Below are positions 62,123 through 64,000 of a stretch of 64,000 bases of DNA, in pieces (within the stretch, counting starts at the first letter, position 1; each line of letters begins with the position of its first letter). The DNA is taken from NCBI GenBank assembly GCA_002269645.1, contig NIVC01002888.1, forward strand, positions 1-64,000, read 5' to 3'. The position numbers and the translations under genes are program-made. The notes beneath the pieces are model-generated. The model ran no database searches, was not told where the DNA came from, and worked only from the letters and a program-made list of their open reading frames with translations. This DNA is from Macrostomum lignano. Taxonomy: Eukaryota.

Positions 62123-62823
62123 CATAGGCGTAGGAGCGTTTCAAAATGTGGGGGGCCAGGTCAGTGGCGGATTTAGGGGGCTGGGGCGCATAGGGTGCAC
62201 GCCCACTGTCGAGTTAGATTTTTCTATTTTTATGGAAAATGCACATTATCATGCACCAATTATTTTTAGAATCGGTGTTGTCAGCACTCATTTTAGCGTT
62301 GCAGGCACTCTTTTAGCGCCGTGGGCACTCATTTTAGCGCCACAGCCCTTATTTTAGCGCCACAAGACCTCATTTTTGCGCTGCAGGCACCCATTTTAGC
62401 GCCACAGGCACCCATTTTAGCGCCGCAGGCACTCATTTCAGCGCTGCAGGCGCTAGCGCCACAGGCACTCATTTTAGCGCCGCAGGCACTCATTTCAGCG
62501 CTGCAGGCACTCATTTTAGCGCTGCAGGCACTCATTTTAGCGCCGCAGGCACTCATTTTAGCGCCACAGGCACTCATTTTAGCGCCACAGGCACTCATTT
62601 TAGCGTCACAGGCACTCATTTTAGCGCCGCAGCCACTCATTTTAGCGCCGCAGGCACCCATTTGAGCGCTGCAGGCGCTATGTTTTGTGGCCCTGCAGCA
62701 AAATGTATTTATGCAAAGCAGCAAAAATAAAAATAAGAGTAAAAAATAAACAAAAAATTTACATTTTGCAGTTAAAATGTGGAGGGGCCATGGCCCCACT
62801 GTTCCCCCGTTCTTACGGCTATG
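62123..62823. mobile_element. hAT-like MITE with an internal 21-bp minisatellite (GCAGGCACTCATTTTAGCGCC) and a nested CAGTGGCGGATTTAGG end
   Basis: Imperfect TIRs CATAGGCGTAGGAGCG / CGTTCTTACGGCTATG (13/16); the superfamily call rests on recalled terminus style; no clean TSD seen. Confidence 0.55.
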
Positions 62824-64000
62824 CTACGCTCGTATGATTTAGTCTACTACTAGTATTAACAACTTTTCAGTAGATACAAAATTGATTTTTAACTACAGTT
62901 ATTTAAGCATTCAGACAAATGAGATAATGTTGACTAGATAGGCAATTTCATAAATATGGCCTATACTAGCCTAATGTAGTTAAAGTATTTTATTCTACTT
63001 TAATGAAGGCTCACTACTGAGTGTAAAGACAATCACATTATTATTTATTTGCATGTATTTCTTATTAGAAAGGTAATTCATACCAGAAGAAGAATATTGG
63101 GTGCTGCCTCCTATCAAAAGCATTTACAAGTGTTTTGTTGAAAAATGAAAAACTCCATTCCCCGTAAACCTGTCTAATAAAAATTTCCCAAGAAACATAG
63201 TTCCCATCCTCCTACTTGAATAGCCCTTGCTCTAACACTAACCTAAACCCTAACCTAACCTAAATTGTCCTGTTTCATGTGCTAACTGATAGTCTCTGTG
63301 GGTTTTAACACTGGGGGGAAGACAAGGCAAGTATACAGATAGTGCACGTTCGTATTTGGAAAATCCGCATCGAACACTCCAACACTACTTGATATTTGCA
63401 TCTAAGTGGGGGGGGGGGTAAATATATGCAGATATCTGATATAATTTCAAATATGTCTTCAGCTCCGAGAGCTGATATGGCATATCAATCCGATTAGCCT
63501 TGGGATTATTATCAAGTCTTTAAGCGTCATTTGGATGTACAGGAAAAGACAGCAAGGTTAACATTATTGCTCTGTATTTAGACTCCCACAGATGCAGAAT
63601 TTTCTGATCCTCATAAGAAGATGAAAGTTGATGAGAGTGAAATTATGATCATTACTGAAAAACAAGTGAGCTAAGCTAATAATTAAGACTCAAAAGTTGC
63701 ATCTTCATATTAGGTTTCTTTTTTGAGCTTCACGGATGTAACTGAGACGTTAATGCATCCAGAAATCTGCGAGGCGTCAGGCAGTCTTGCAATGAGATCA
63801 ATCAATAACAAAAATCAAACTTCTCTCTCAGGAACTGCAAGCCTAGACTTGTAACTCGAAACAATTCACGATGATACAATAAACAATCAATACTGCGTGT
63901 CTTATGCATCTCTATGCTTTATGAAACTTGTGGCTATAGCCTACAAGTAAAAACTACGAGTAGGTTACAGCCGATCAATGGGATGCCGTCTTAGAAGGCC

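Noticed and set aside
63420-63670. Search for upstream globin exons
   Set aside because: No frame on the minus strand gave globin B-F helix motifs; they probably lie beyond the window.

Overview
Eukaryotic, repeat-rich animal DNA with GC-rich exons separated by introns and spacers filled with locus-specific mini- and microsatellites. The style and the flatworm-type innexin suggest a free-living flatworm such as Macrostomum lignano, but this is inference. Genes reconstructed by hand from splice sites and reading-frame continuity are: an intronless DEG/ENaC channel broken by about 6 frameshifts (-), a 3-exon PRODH2-like dehydrogenase (+), two tandem secreted C-type lectin + PAN-like genes, each with an RFX X-box (-), WBP2 (5 exons, last intron almost wholly a 5.6-kb 33/34-bp satellite) (-), a CEP126-like gene head-to-head with WBP2 (+), an innexin (+), a 4-exon class A peptide-type GPCR (+), two orphan 3-exon genes and the last exon of a globin (-). 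Mobile DNA includes a full-length, apparently intact LOA-type non-LTR retrotransposon with TAATG-coupled ORFs and a target-site duplication inside an 80-bp minisatellite, a decayed mariner, a foldback element with a 9-bp TSD, a hAT-like MITE and two tRNA-derived SINE families. Most long ORFs in the supplied track are repeat or antisense artefacts. No database search was possible, so all family calls rest on remembered motifs.
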